A DNA stretch of 64,000 nucleotides from Candidatus Sericytochromatia bacterium (GTDB lineage Bacteria; Cyanobacteriota; Sericytochromatia; S15B-MN24; JAQBPE01): contig JBBAPZ010000004.1 of the NCBI GenBank assembly GCA_040400605.1, positions 112,821 through 176,820 of the forward strand, given 5' to 3'. The notes beneath the pieces were generated by a model. The model was not told the DNA's origin, made no database searches, and saw only the letters and a program-made list of their open reading frames with translations. Made by a program: the position numbers and the translations under genes. This document shows positions 52,603 to 61,166 of this stretch, piece after piece. The first letter of the stretch is position 1, and every line of letters begins with the position of its first letter.

Positions 52603-53259
52603 TCACGACGCAGCAGCGGTCTCGCCTTTGCGATGGCGCCAGAGTTCGATCATCATCGGCGCGATGGAAATGGCGATGACAGCTAAAATCACCAGTTTGA
52701 AATTGGATTTGACGAACGGCAAGCCGCCAAAATAATAACCTGCAAAGACGAACAGGCTGATCCACAACCCGCCACCCAGGATCGAAAACATCAAAAAACG
52801 ACGATAACTCATGCGGCCAACGCCCGCCACAAACGGTGCAAAGGTTCGCACAATCGGGACAAAGCGCGCAATAACCAGTGTCTTTGCGCCGTAGCGCTCA
52901 AAATACGCATGCGTCTTGTCCAGATGCGACCGCCTGAAATAACGGTTTTTTTCCGCAGAAAAAACTTTTGGACCCACCTTTCGCCCAATCATGTAGTTCA
53001 GATTGTCGCCCAAAACAGCCGCACACCACAGCAACAGCCACAACCCCACGACATTGAATGGCAAGGACGCGCACAAAGCGCCCGCCGCGAACAGCAACGA
53101 ATCACCGGGCAAAAGGGGCGTTACAACCAAGCCAGTTTCACAAAAAATGATCCCGAACAAAATGACGTAAGTCAAACTGCCGTATTGCCCCGCCAGGTCG
53201 ATTAAATGCCTGTCCACGTGGATGAAGAGATCAACCCAGGTCTTTAAAACGTCCAACAT
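52603..53259 (-). CDS. dedA: DedA-family membrane protein
   Basis: ETGL, PGDSLLF, GDNLNY and ARFVPIVRT. Confidence 0.93.
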   Translation of the reverse strand: MLDVLKTWVDLFIHVDRHLIDLAGQYGSLTYVILFGIIFCETGLVVTPLLPGDSLLFAAGALCASLPFNVVGLWLLLWCAAVLGDNLNYMIGRKVGPKVFSAEKNRYFRRSHLDKTHAYFERYGAKTLVIARFVPIVRTFAPFVAGVGRMSYRRFLMFSILGGGLWISLFVFAGYYFGGLPFVKSNFKLVILAVIAISIAPMMIELWRHRKGETAAAS

Positions 53260-53301
53260 GGTCTGATTCGCCCATTGCCCTCTCAAAAAAACAGCGACAC
53301 C

Positions 53302-54360
53302 TCAGGACTTTGAACGGGGCTCAGTCGCACTGCTGTTAGGTCGCGATTTGCGCCATACCGGTTCTGTGGGTGTTAATGGGTGCAAGAAAATCTTGATGCC
53401 GTTACGCATCAACACATCTTCCGTAAAGCGCTGCAGTTGCGCCTCATCAATGGCGTAAGCCCGATCCAGAAGCGGATTCAATTTGTGCAGGCTTGTTTTG
53501 ACCTCACCGTGCAATCTGGCCAATTCGTCTGTCGTCAACGCCACTTTCGGCAGTGCTTCGAGCGCCGGTTTAGCCTTGGTCAGCAGTGCTGGCGCATGTT
53601 CACGTGCCGCTTGCGCGACCGCCCCAACATCACGCAAGATGGCAGGTGATTGGTGCGCCAATTCTGCACTGAATCGATCCAGATTGGTGACACTGCGTCC
53701 CAGGGCGGCTTTATTCTGGCTTAGCAAAGTTGCACCATCTTGACTCACACTCGCCAGGTTTCGCCCGATTGTATCAATGTTTTTTCGATTGTTGCGCAAA
53801 ATATCTTCCAGTTCATCCGCGATGGCCGCTGCATTTCGAACCACCCCAGCCAGGCTTTCTTGTTCAGCGTCCAAGGTCTTGGCCAAGGTTCGCACAATGG
53901 TTGACACATCTTTGGGATTGACCTCGCGCAACAATGGCGCTGCCGCAGCCAGCAAATCATCCACTTCGACACTCGCCCGGGTTGTCTCAATGACATCCCC
54001 TGTGGCCAACAGTGCCGCATCACGAGAACGCGGCCGAAGTTCAACATATTTCTCACCCAGCAAAGACTTTGCACGTATCACCGCCTCAACGTCCTTGCGA
54101 ATCTGCGCCTCAGGCTTCAGATAAAGACTCACCACGGCTTTGTCGTGCTCAACCGCCAAGCCCTCGACGTGGCCCACTTGTACCCCGGCTACACTGACAG
54201 CAGCCTGCTTGACGAGGCCAGAAGCATTGACAAAGGAAGCCTTGACCCGGACACCACCGCCGAAGGATATGTTGCCAACCATCAATGTCATGTAGGCCAA
54301 TAAACCCGCAGATAGCAGAATGAAGCCGCCCAACATCCACTCATTGCGATAACTTGCCAC
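53302..54360 (-). CDS. MlaD/MCE-domain protein with long helical extension
   Basis: N-terminal TM segment, GL..V..AGVQVG and SLLGEKYVEL. Confidence 0.88.
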   Translation of the reverse strand: MASYRNEWMLGGFILLSAGLLAYMTLMVGNISFGGGVRVKASFVNASGLVKQAAVSVAGVQVGHVEGLAVEHDKAVVSLYLKPEAQIRKDVEAVIRAKSLLGEKYVELRPRSRDAALLATGDVIETTRASVEVDDLLAAAAPLLREVNPKDVSTIVRTLAKTLDAEQESLAGVVRNAAAIADELEDILRNNRKNIDTIGRNLASVSQDGATLLSQNKAALGRSVTNLDRFSAELAHQSPAILRDVGAVAQAAREHAPALLTKAKPALEALPKVALTTDELARLHGEVKTSLHKLNPLLDRAYAIDEAQLQRFTEDVLMRNGIKIFLHPLTPTEPVWRKSRPNSSATEPRSKS

Positions 54361-54381
54361 GCCGTTGCCTTCCTGTCTGTC

Positions 54382-55128
54382 TCACACTACCTGAATGGGG
54401 CCATCCGCACTGCGCGAAAAGAACTGTTGCAAAATGGGGTTGTCTGAATGACGAATCGCACGTGCTTCGCCGTCGGCAATCAACTTGCTCTTATATAACA
54501 TGGCGATGCGATCGGCAATCTGAAAAGTACCCTCCAGGTCGTGCGAAATGACTACAAACGTCAATCCCAATTCCCGTTGCATCTGCAAAATCAACTTGTC
54601 GATCGCATCACTCATCACCGGATCCAGCCCGGAATTGGGTTCGTCAAACAAAACTACCGCAGGCTCCAGTGCCAATGCTCGCGCGATCCCCACGCGCTTG
54701 CGCATGCCGCCTGACAGTTCCCCGGGAAATTTTTTCGCCGCACCCGGCAATCCCACCTGACTCAGTTTTCGCCGAACGACTTCCTTGATTTCCTGCGCCG
54801 TCTTGCGTGTATGCTGCTCCAACGGAAACGCAATGTTCTCTTCAACGGTCATCGAATCGAATAAAGCCCCGTCCTGAAACAACATGCCAAATTTTTTTCG
54901 AACCTCAAACAGATCCGTTTCAGCCAGTGTCGTGATATCCTGCCCGTCTACCAAAATTTGACCTGCGTCCGGTTTCAATAAACCGACCAACAACTTGATG
55001 AAGACACTTTTGCCCGTTCCGGAGGGGCCAATGATCACGGTTGTTTGCCCTTTGGGGATAACCAGACTGACATCGTCAAGCACCTTTTGTGCACCAAAAG
55101 ACTTGGATACACGCCTGAATTCAATCAC
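54382..55128 (-). CDS. mlaF: MlaF-like ABC ATPase
   Basis: GPSGTGKS, LFQDGALF, LSGGMRKR and DEPNSGLD. Confidence 0.88.
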   Translation of the reverse strand: MIEFRRVSKSFGAQKVLDDVSLVIPKGQTTVIIGPSGTGKSVFIKLLVGLLKPDAGQILVDGQDITTLAETDLFEVRKKFGMLFQDGALFDSMTVEENIAFPLEQHTRKTAQEIKEVVRRKLSQVGLPGAAKKFPGELSGGMRKRVGIARALALEPAVVLFDEPNSGLDPVMSDAIDKLILQMQRELGLTFVVISHDLEGTFQIADRIAMLYKSKLIADGEARAIRHSDNPILQQFFSRSADGPIQVV

Positions 55129-55167
55129 GGATTGCCCTCCGGTTCGAATTGGTTGAACGCATTACCA

Positions 55168-55938
55168 TCAATACATCCACTCCGTCAGCACGTAATTCAT
55201 CAATACCAAGGTGGTGCATCCAACGACTACAGCCAGGTTGATGGCGCGACTCACCCCCGCAGGGCCCGGCGCCGAATAATAGCCATAAAAACACGATACC
55301 ATGCACACAATCAGCGCAAACACTTCGGCGCGCACGATACCCTTGTAAAGGTCAGATACCGTTAAAAATCGCACAACATCCGCCATGAAGACACCGGGGT
55401 TCAAGCCCAACTGGTAGACCGAGGCCAAAAATCCGCCTCCGATGGCCGACACGATGGCAACCGCCAACAAGCCCGGCGTGACCAACAGGTGCGCGAGTAC
55501 GCGTGGCACCACCAGATACCAATACGGGTTAACGGCCATCACTTCGAGCGCATCAATTTGTTCTTTCACACGCATGGAAGCAATCGTCGCCGAAATCTCC
55601 GTCCCGGGTTTGGCGGCAAGAACCGCACCGACAATGATCGGTGCCAGACCAATCACGGTGGACAATCCGACATATATTCCCAACATATCCTGCGCGCCGA
55701 ACTGTTTGAAAATGGCGTGCCCCACCAATGCCAAATTGGCACCGATAAAAAACAGGATGCACGCCAAAATGCCAACCGTGTTCACGCCGATGCGCACACT
55801 TTGCTTGACCACTTCGCGCCATGAAGGCGATCGCCTGACGAACGCCCGCAACACCGTGACACAAAAAAAAGCCATTCGGCCAATCAGCGCCAATAAAACA
55901 ACCATCGGATTCAACAGTGCATTGCTCATCTGACCCAT
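55168..55938 (-). CDS. MlaE/YrbE-family permease 2
   Basis: MRVKEQIDALEVM and VVPR; TGATG overlap with permease 1. Confidence 0.88.
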   Translation of the reverse strand: MGQMSNALLNPMVVLLALIGRMAFFCVTVLRAFVRRSPSWREVVKQSVRIGVNTVGILACILFFIGANLALVGHAIFKQFGAQDMLGIYVGLSTVIGLAPIIVGAVLAAKPGTEISATIASMRVKEQIDALEVMAVNPYWYLVVPRVLAHLLVTPGLLAVAIVSAIGGGFLASVYQLGLNPGVFMADVVRFLTVSDLYKGIVRAEVFALIVCMVSCFYGYYSAPGPAGVSRAINLAVVVGCTTLVLMNYVLTEWMY

Positions 55939-56681
55939 CACGCGAAGACTTTCATGATCAATGTGGTCAAGCAGTAATTCAAAACCGCCACTGCAACGAT
56001 GGACTGAACGACCGTGTTGTTGGCGGCTTGGCCCACCCCAACTGCCCCACCGCGGACATGATAACCGTAATAACACGCAATAAACGCGACGGCGCCACCG
56101 AAGACCACGCTTTTGAACAAGCCCGAATAAATATCCGTGATAGAGACGAAATTTAACAAATTGGCCACAAAAACACCGTAATTCTGCCCCTTCGCCAAGA
56201 CTGCCACGCCCATGCCCCCTAGCATGCCAGCGACCGTTGCGATGACACAGATAAATGGGCATACGAACGCCAACGCCAGCAACCGTGGCACAATCAGATA
56301 TTTGATGGGATCCACCGACATCACGCCAAGTGCATCGATTTCCTCTTTGACCCGCATGGTGCCAACCTCACCTGCGATCGCCGATCCGGCCTGCGATGCG
56401 ATCATAATCCCGGCCAAACTGGGCGCCAACTCACGAATGATGCCTTGTGCCAACAAACTTGACAACAAACGCTCCGTGCCAAAAAGCGTCATCACCTTGA
56501 GTCCCATCAAAGCGGCAATCATGCCGGTTGGCACCAGAATGGCCACAACCGGTATCACGCACTGATAGGCCACCCGATTGGCCGATCGCACGACCTCACG
56601 CGGATAAAACGGCGGCGACAACAAAGCCGACCCAATTTGTCCGGCAAAGTGCCACCCGTCTCGAAGTCTCGACCACTGCAC
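55938..56681 (-). CDS. MlaE/YrbE-family permease 1
   Basis: RELAP, GTMRVKEEIDAL and GGAVGVG. Confidence 0.9.
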   Translation of the reverse strand: MQWSRLRDGWHFAGQIGSALLSPPFYPREVVRSANRVAYQCVIPVVAILVPTGMIAALMGLKVMTLFGTERLLSSLLAQGIIRELAPSLAGIMIASQAGSAIAGEVGTMRVKEEIDALGVMSVDPIKYLIVPRLLALAFVCPFICVIATVAGMLGGMGVAVLAKGQNYGVFVANLLNFVSITDIYSGLFKSVVFGGAVAFIACYYGYHVRGGAVGVGQAANNTVVQSIVAVAVLNYCLTTLIMKVFA

Positions 56682-56952
56682 CCGTTAAACCCTCACCCAC
56701 TTGAGACGCTACAGCTTGGCTCGCTTTGGCTGTTATACCCCATCTCAGGCGATCATGCATCGCCAAATCGCTACTGAAGGAGGTGTTCATTGGGGGAGTT
56801 GGGCAAGTCAGATTGTGACGATTGTTGGACACATAATCCAATCTAACCGAAGCGACTCGCCTGATTTTAAACGCTTCGCTCGGGAAAACCGGAATCATCC
56901 GCTGCTTTTACCGAAGCGTTTCACGCAGTTGTGGCTTGAACGGGCACGGATC

Positions 56953-58830
56953 TCAAGAATCTGTTTGTTCGCATTGGTTTGTTGCCGCTTCAAACGGCAG
57001 ACCAAACAAACGCACCGTCGCTTGGCGCCCTTTTACCCGTACTTCGCCCAGATCCTCCGGTTCGAATGCGGTGCCGAGCAATTCCCGCGTTCGGCCGCTC
57101 AGAAGCACGTAACCCGGGTATTCCTTGGTTAGCCCTTCCAAACGCGAGGCGACGTTGATCGCATCCCCAATGACGCCAAATTCCATCTTTTTGGGTGATC
57201 CCAAATTGCCCACAACGGCATCACCGGTGTTGAGACCGATACCGATGTCGATTCGTGGAAAGCCTTGCGCTTGCCAAGCAGCACGACACTGCGCAAGCCG
57301 GGCCTGCATGCCAATCGCCGCGCGGGCCGCACGATTCGCCCCCTCTTGTGGTGACAGGCGCTCGACATTGCCCCATACCGCGAGAATCGCATCGCCGATG
57401 TATTTGTCAATGCACCCGCCTGATTCCAGAATGACATCGGCCATTTCGGTGAGATAAACGTTTAAAAAACGCACGACCTCTTCTGGGCTGTGTGCCTCGG
57501 ATATCGTGGTAAAACTGCGAATGTCTGAAAACAACACGGTCACCTCGCGCCGCTCTCCACCCAAATTTGGCAACATATCAGGGGATTTGAGGATGTGCTC
57601 CACAATCTGGCTGGATACGTAACGCTCGAAGGTTTGCCGCAACTCACGCCTGGCTGCCTCCGAACGCAAGAGGTGGATCACCAGGTTCCAAACGTAAACC
57701 GTCAGCAAAAGCCCCACCGGCGCGATAAAGTCGAACCACAAGCCAAAAGATGAGAACGCCACGGCGCTGAGCGTCACAACCAACGCAGCCAGGGTTAGAC
57801 CAATCAACAAAGCGCTTCGAGGACGCAAGCTGGCAAACAATGGCCCAAGCAGCATCCCCAGTATCAGCAACACAGCGGCTTGACTTCGCAGCGGCAGTTC
57901 CCGAATGGGATCGTTGGCCAGTCGGGTGGCGATCGCATTGGCATGTATCTCAACGCCCGGCATGTACGACGCCGCTCCCTCGCCCGTCACGGTCGCTGTA
58001 TACGGTGTCGGATACAGGTCCTGTAACCGTGTCGAGGCCGCGCCCACCAACACCACCTGCCCCCTAAAAAGCGCCAGGCGCGCGTCGTGCCCTTGACGGA
58101 TGGCATCCAATACGGCAGACAGTGACGCACTCGGGAAAGTTCCACCGGGTCCCCGGTAATGAATCAACCAAGGTGCCCAATCTTCACGCTTGGCAAGTGG
58201 AAACCCCTGTTTTTGGGCCAAGCGGGCGACCACCTCATCAAACGATGGTTTCCAAACCATTTCCGTTGGCCGATCCGGCCGCACGCACGCAAAACGCCGC
58301 GCCATCCGATGAATGGCGCCATCCGCATCCAGTTGAAAATTGACAATCCCGCTCGCCGCCACCGCGTGCAAGCCGGGTGTCGGTTCTACCAAGCTATGGC
58401 TTGACATGCCTGCATGCCCCAGGGGCTGTATATTGGCTGCCAATACCACGTGATTGGGATGACGCGTCAAGGCTCCAATCAAGCGCGCATCATCAGGCGT
58501 GGATTCTGCGAACGCAATGTCAAAGGCAACCACGTGCGCGCCGGCACGCATCAAACCATCCACCAGCGAGGCGTAGGTCCGGCGCGGCAGCGGCCAACGC
58601 CCCAAATCTTCCAATGTCGCCTCATCGATGAGCACCAACGCAACGGGCGCACCCGGTGCAACCGGCCCCCGCCACTCATACAGCCAGTGATAACCCCACC
58701 ACGAACTTCGGGCAAGCACACCCGTTGCAACCAAAGCAAGCCACACGGCGCCTATCACAAGCCCCGCGGCACCTGACCGGAGCCACGCACCGTTTAAGTG
58801 CCTCATTACAGTTGACCCAGTATCGATCAA
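56953..58830 (-). CDS. CHASE2-domain class III adenylate cyclase
   Basis: IDE..GRWPLPR, DADG, PGVEIHA, 3 TM segments, FSDIRSFT, DKYIGD and NVASRLE; start could be 58806. Confidence 0.93.
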   Translation of the reverse strand: MIDTGSTVMRHLNGAWLRSGAAGLVIGAVWLALVATGVLARSSWWGYHWLYEWRGPVAPGAPVALVLIDEATLEDLGRWPLPRRTYASLVDGLMRAGAHVVAFDIAFAESTPDDARLIGALTRHPNHVVLAANIQPLGHAGMSSHSLVEPTPGLHAVAASGIVNFQLDADGAIHRMARRFACVRPDRPTEMVWKPSFDEVVARLAQKQGFPLAKREDWAPWLIHYRGPGGTFPSASLSAVLDAIRQGHDARLALFRGQVVLVGAASTRLQDLYPTPYTATVTGEGAASYMPGVEIHANAIATRLANDPIRELPLRSQAAVLLILGMLLGPLFASLRPRSALLIGLTLAALVVTLSAVAFSSFGLWFDFIAPVGLLLTVYVWNLVIHLLRSEAARRELRQTFERYVSSQIVEHILKSPDMLPNLGGERREVTVLFSDIRSFTTISEAHSPEEVVRFLNVYLTEMADVILESGGCIDKYIGDAILAVWGNVERLSPQEGANRAARAAIGMQARLAQCRAAWQAQGFPRIDIGIGLNTGDAVVGNLGSPKKMEFGVIGDAINVASRLEGLTKEYPGYVLLSGRTRELLGTAFEPEDLGEVRVKGRQATVRLFGLPFEAATNQCEQTDS

Positions 58831-60227
58831 GGCGTTGACGTGTTGCGCTGAGCCAAGCGGCTATGCCGCACGCCGTATGAAAAATAACAAACAATGCCGA
58901 TGACTGACCAAATGGCGAACAGTTTCCACGTCTGTGGCGATAAACTAAGCATCATCCAACTGCACGAAAACACGGTGAAACCGGCCACCAGCGGCAGCAA
59001 TGGCGAGCGAAAGCCACGCTTCAGTTCTGGCTCCTGAATGCGCAACAACCACACCCCGATCGCCACCACGATGAAAGCGGATAAAGTACCGATGTTGGTC
59101 ATCTCCGCTATCTCATCCAGACGCAAAAATCCGGTGATGAGTGCAACCGCCACACCGTTGATCAGCGTGGCCAACCAAGGCGTGCAGAATCGGGGATGAA
59201 CCTGACTGAACACCGACGGCAAGAGGCCATCACGCGCCATCGCAAACCAGATGCGCGGCATGCCCATCATCAAGACCATGATGACACTGGTCAGCCCAAA
59301 AATTGCACCAAATGAAATGAGCGCGGACCACTTCGCCTCGCCGACCGCAGCGAGTGCGCGTGCCAGCGGCGCAGCATCATTCAGGACCGTGTAAGGCACC
59401 ATGCCTGTCATAACCGCTGCCACCACGATGTAGAAAACCGTGCAGACAACCAGCGACATCAAGATTCCCAGCGGCAAGTCACGCTGGGGGTTGCGAGACT
59501 CTTCGGCTGTCGTCGCGACGGCATCAAAACCGATGTACGCAAAAAAGATCAGCGCTCCCCCCGTGACCACGCCCTGAAACCCAAATGGCATAAAAGGTTG
59601 CCAATTGGCAGGCTGAACGTGCGGCAATGCGACGAGGACAAAAAGCAGCAACACCCCAATCTTTAAGGCCACGAACGCGCTGTTGACCCGCACGCTTTCT
59701 CGGACGCCGATAACGAGCAACGCGGTGACCACCAAGGCAATGATTGCAGCAGGCAAATTGACGTAACCGGGGTTCACGCTTTCAAGCGGGGAACGCGTCA
59801 GCGCATCGGGTAGTCCCAAATTCAACTGATGTAAAATCTTGTTAAGGTACCCGGACCATCCACTGGCCACGGCGGCACTGGCAACGGTATATTCCAACAC
59901 CAAAAACCACCCGATCATCCATGCCGGAAACTCTCCCATTGTCGTGTAAGTGTAAGCGTAGGCACTGCCAGCAGCAGGAATCATCGAGGCCAGTTCCGCA
60001 TAACACAAAGCGGCACACAGACACGCCAGACCGACCAACACGAACGACAGCATAATGCCGGGACCGGCCACTTGCGCACCTTTGCCAGCGATGACAAAAA
60101 TGCCTGCGCCGATGATGGCCCCGATACCCAGAATCGTGAGGTCAAAAGCCCCTAACGATCGTTTGAGCCCACTGTCTTGAGCACCATTACAATCAATGGG
60201 CTTGCGCTTGAACATTTGCTGCCACAT
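58827..60227 (-). CDS. APC amino-acid permease (cationic amino acid transporter-like)
   Basis: IGAIIGAGIF, AGSAY, FAYIGFD and EESRNP. Confidence 0.93.
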   Translation of the reverse strand: MWQQMFKRKPIDCNGAQDSGLKRSLGAFDLTILGIGAIIGAGIFVIAGKGAQVAGPGIMLSFVLVGLACLCAALCYAELASMIPAAGSAYAYTYTTMGEFPAWMIGWFLVLEYTVASAAVASGWSGYLNKILHQLNLGLPDALTRSPLESVNPGYVNLPAAIIALVVTALLVIGVRESVRVNSAFVALKIGVLLLFVLVALPHVQPANWQPFMPFGFQGVVTGGALIFFAYIGFDAVATTAEESRNPQRDLPLGILMSLVVCTVFYIVVAAVMTGMVPYTVLNDAAPLARALAAVGEAKWSALISFGAIFGLTSVIMVLMMGMPRIWFAMARDGLLPSVFSQVHPRFCTPWLATLINGVAVALITGFLRLDEIAEMTNIGTLSAFIVVAIGVWLLRIQEPELKRGFRSPLLPLVAGFTVFSCSWMMLSLSPQTWKLFAIWSVIGIVCYFSYGVRHSRLAQRNTSTP

Positions 60228-60380
60228 GCCTGTCAATCCTTTCCCCCGCCTGGCTGAACCCAAGTATTCTAACCGGTTCCTGCCGAGGCGTGTTAACGCG
60301 CGCAGCAATCTCACTGGCTGGCCACGTTATGTTATGATGGTGCAGCGTGTTGGTAGTGACAGACGCAAGAGGGTGTTTTT

Positions 60381-60797
60381 ATGGAACGCGATCGCCTGAT
60401 TTATGAAACTGCCGTGCAATTGTCTGATGCTGCGGGGTTGGTGTCACGCTGCAGCAAGCCGTGTGTATTGGATGACTCGATGCGCAAGCGCCTCTTTGAG
60501 ACGGCAGCAGTTTTACACGAATTCGGGCTCGCGCAGCGCGGCGCAAGCGGTGCCTGGCGATTGCAAGGGGTTGCCTTGACGCTTCAGGAACAGATGGGGG
60601 CTTTATGCAACCAGGCGGACTTGATAGAATGGATTGGCAGAGCTGAAACCGCCTTGGCCATGCTTGCTCAAACGGAGCCTCATCCGAGCAATTTGGTCTG
60701 GCATCCCGCCCATTTGGCGTGGCTTGAGGAATTTCTGCTTGATTGTTGCCATCATCTCTTGCGTGCAGTGGTCACGCAACGGCACGCCCCTCGCTGA
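60381..60797 (+). CDS. Hypothetical protein
   Basis: AGAGGG RBS; 138-aa ORF. Confidence 0.65.
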   Translation: MERDRLIYETAVQLSDAAGLVSRCSKPCVLDDSMRKRLFETAAVLHEFGLAQRGASGAWRLQGVALTLQEQMGALCNQADLIEWIGRAETALAMLAQTEPHPSNLVWHPAHLAWLEEFLLDCCHHLLRAVVTQRHAPR

Positions 60798-60814
60798 CCG
60801 GGAAGTGATTCAAA

Positions 60815-61165
60815 ATGCACGAACAAACGCCGCCCAACGATACCTTTGTGATACCGGAATCTGACGGCGCGCTTGAACAACCGGTGGTTGACACACCTAT
60901 CGAGGGTGATGAACGGTTGCAACGCGCGTCGCGACCGTTTGAAAATGTCAAAGGCATTCATCCTGAGTTGTTGTGTCAATGTCCGGAGTGCGAGCCTGAA
61001 CACGTCGAACTGCAGTGGTTTTCGCCTGAAGAGGTCCGTAAGCAGAAGGGTGATGCGATGCTCTATTGTCAGCGCAGCAGTCGCAAGTACTTTACGCCGA
61101 TCCTTGACCTGAATCGTTGGCTGGCCAGTCGGGCACCTGTTAGCCGGCGTCGAACCAAGGACTGA
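60815..61165 (+). CDS. Hypothetical protein with possible Zn-binding Cys cluster
   Basis: CQCPEC...YCQ; acidic N-terminus. Confidence 0.65.
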   Translation: MHEQTPPNDTFVIPESDGALEQPVVDTPIEGDERLQRASRPFENVKGIHPELLCQCPECEPEHVELQWFSPEEVRKQKGDAMLYCQRSSRKYFTPILDLNRWLASRAPVSRRRTKD

Positions 61166-61166
61166 A

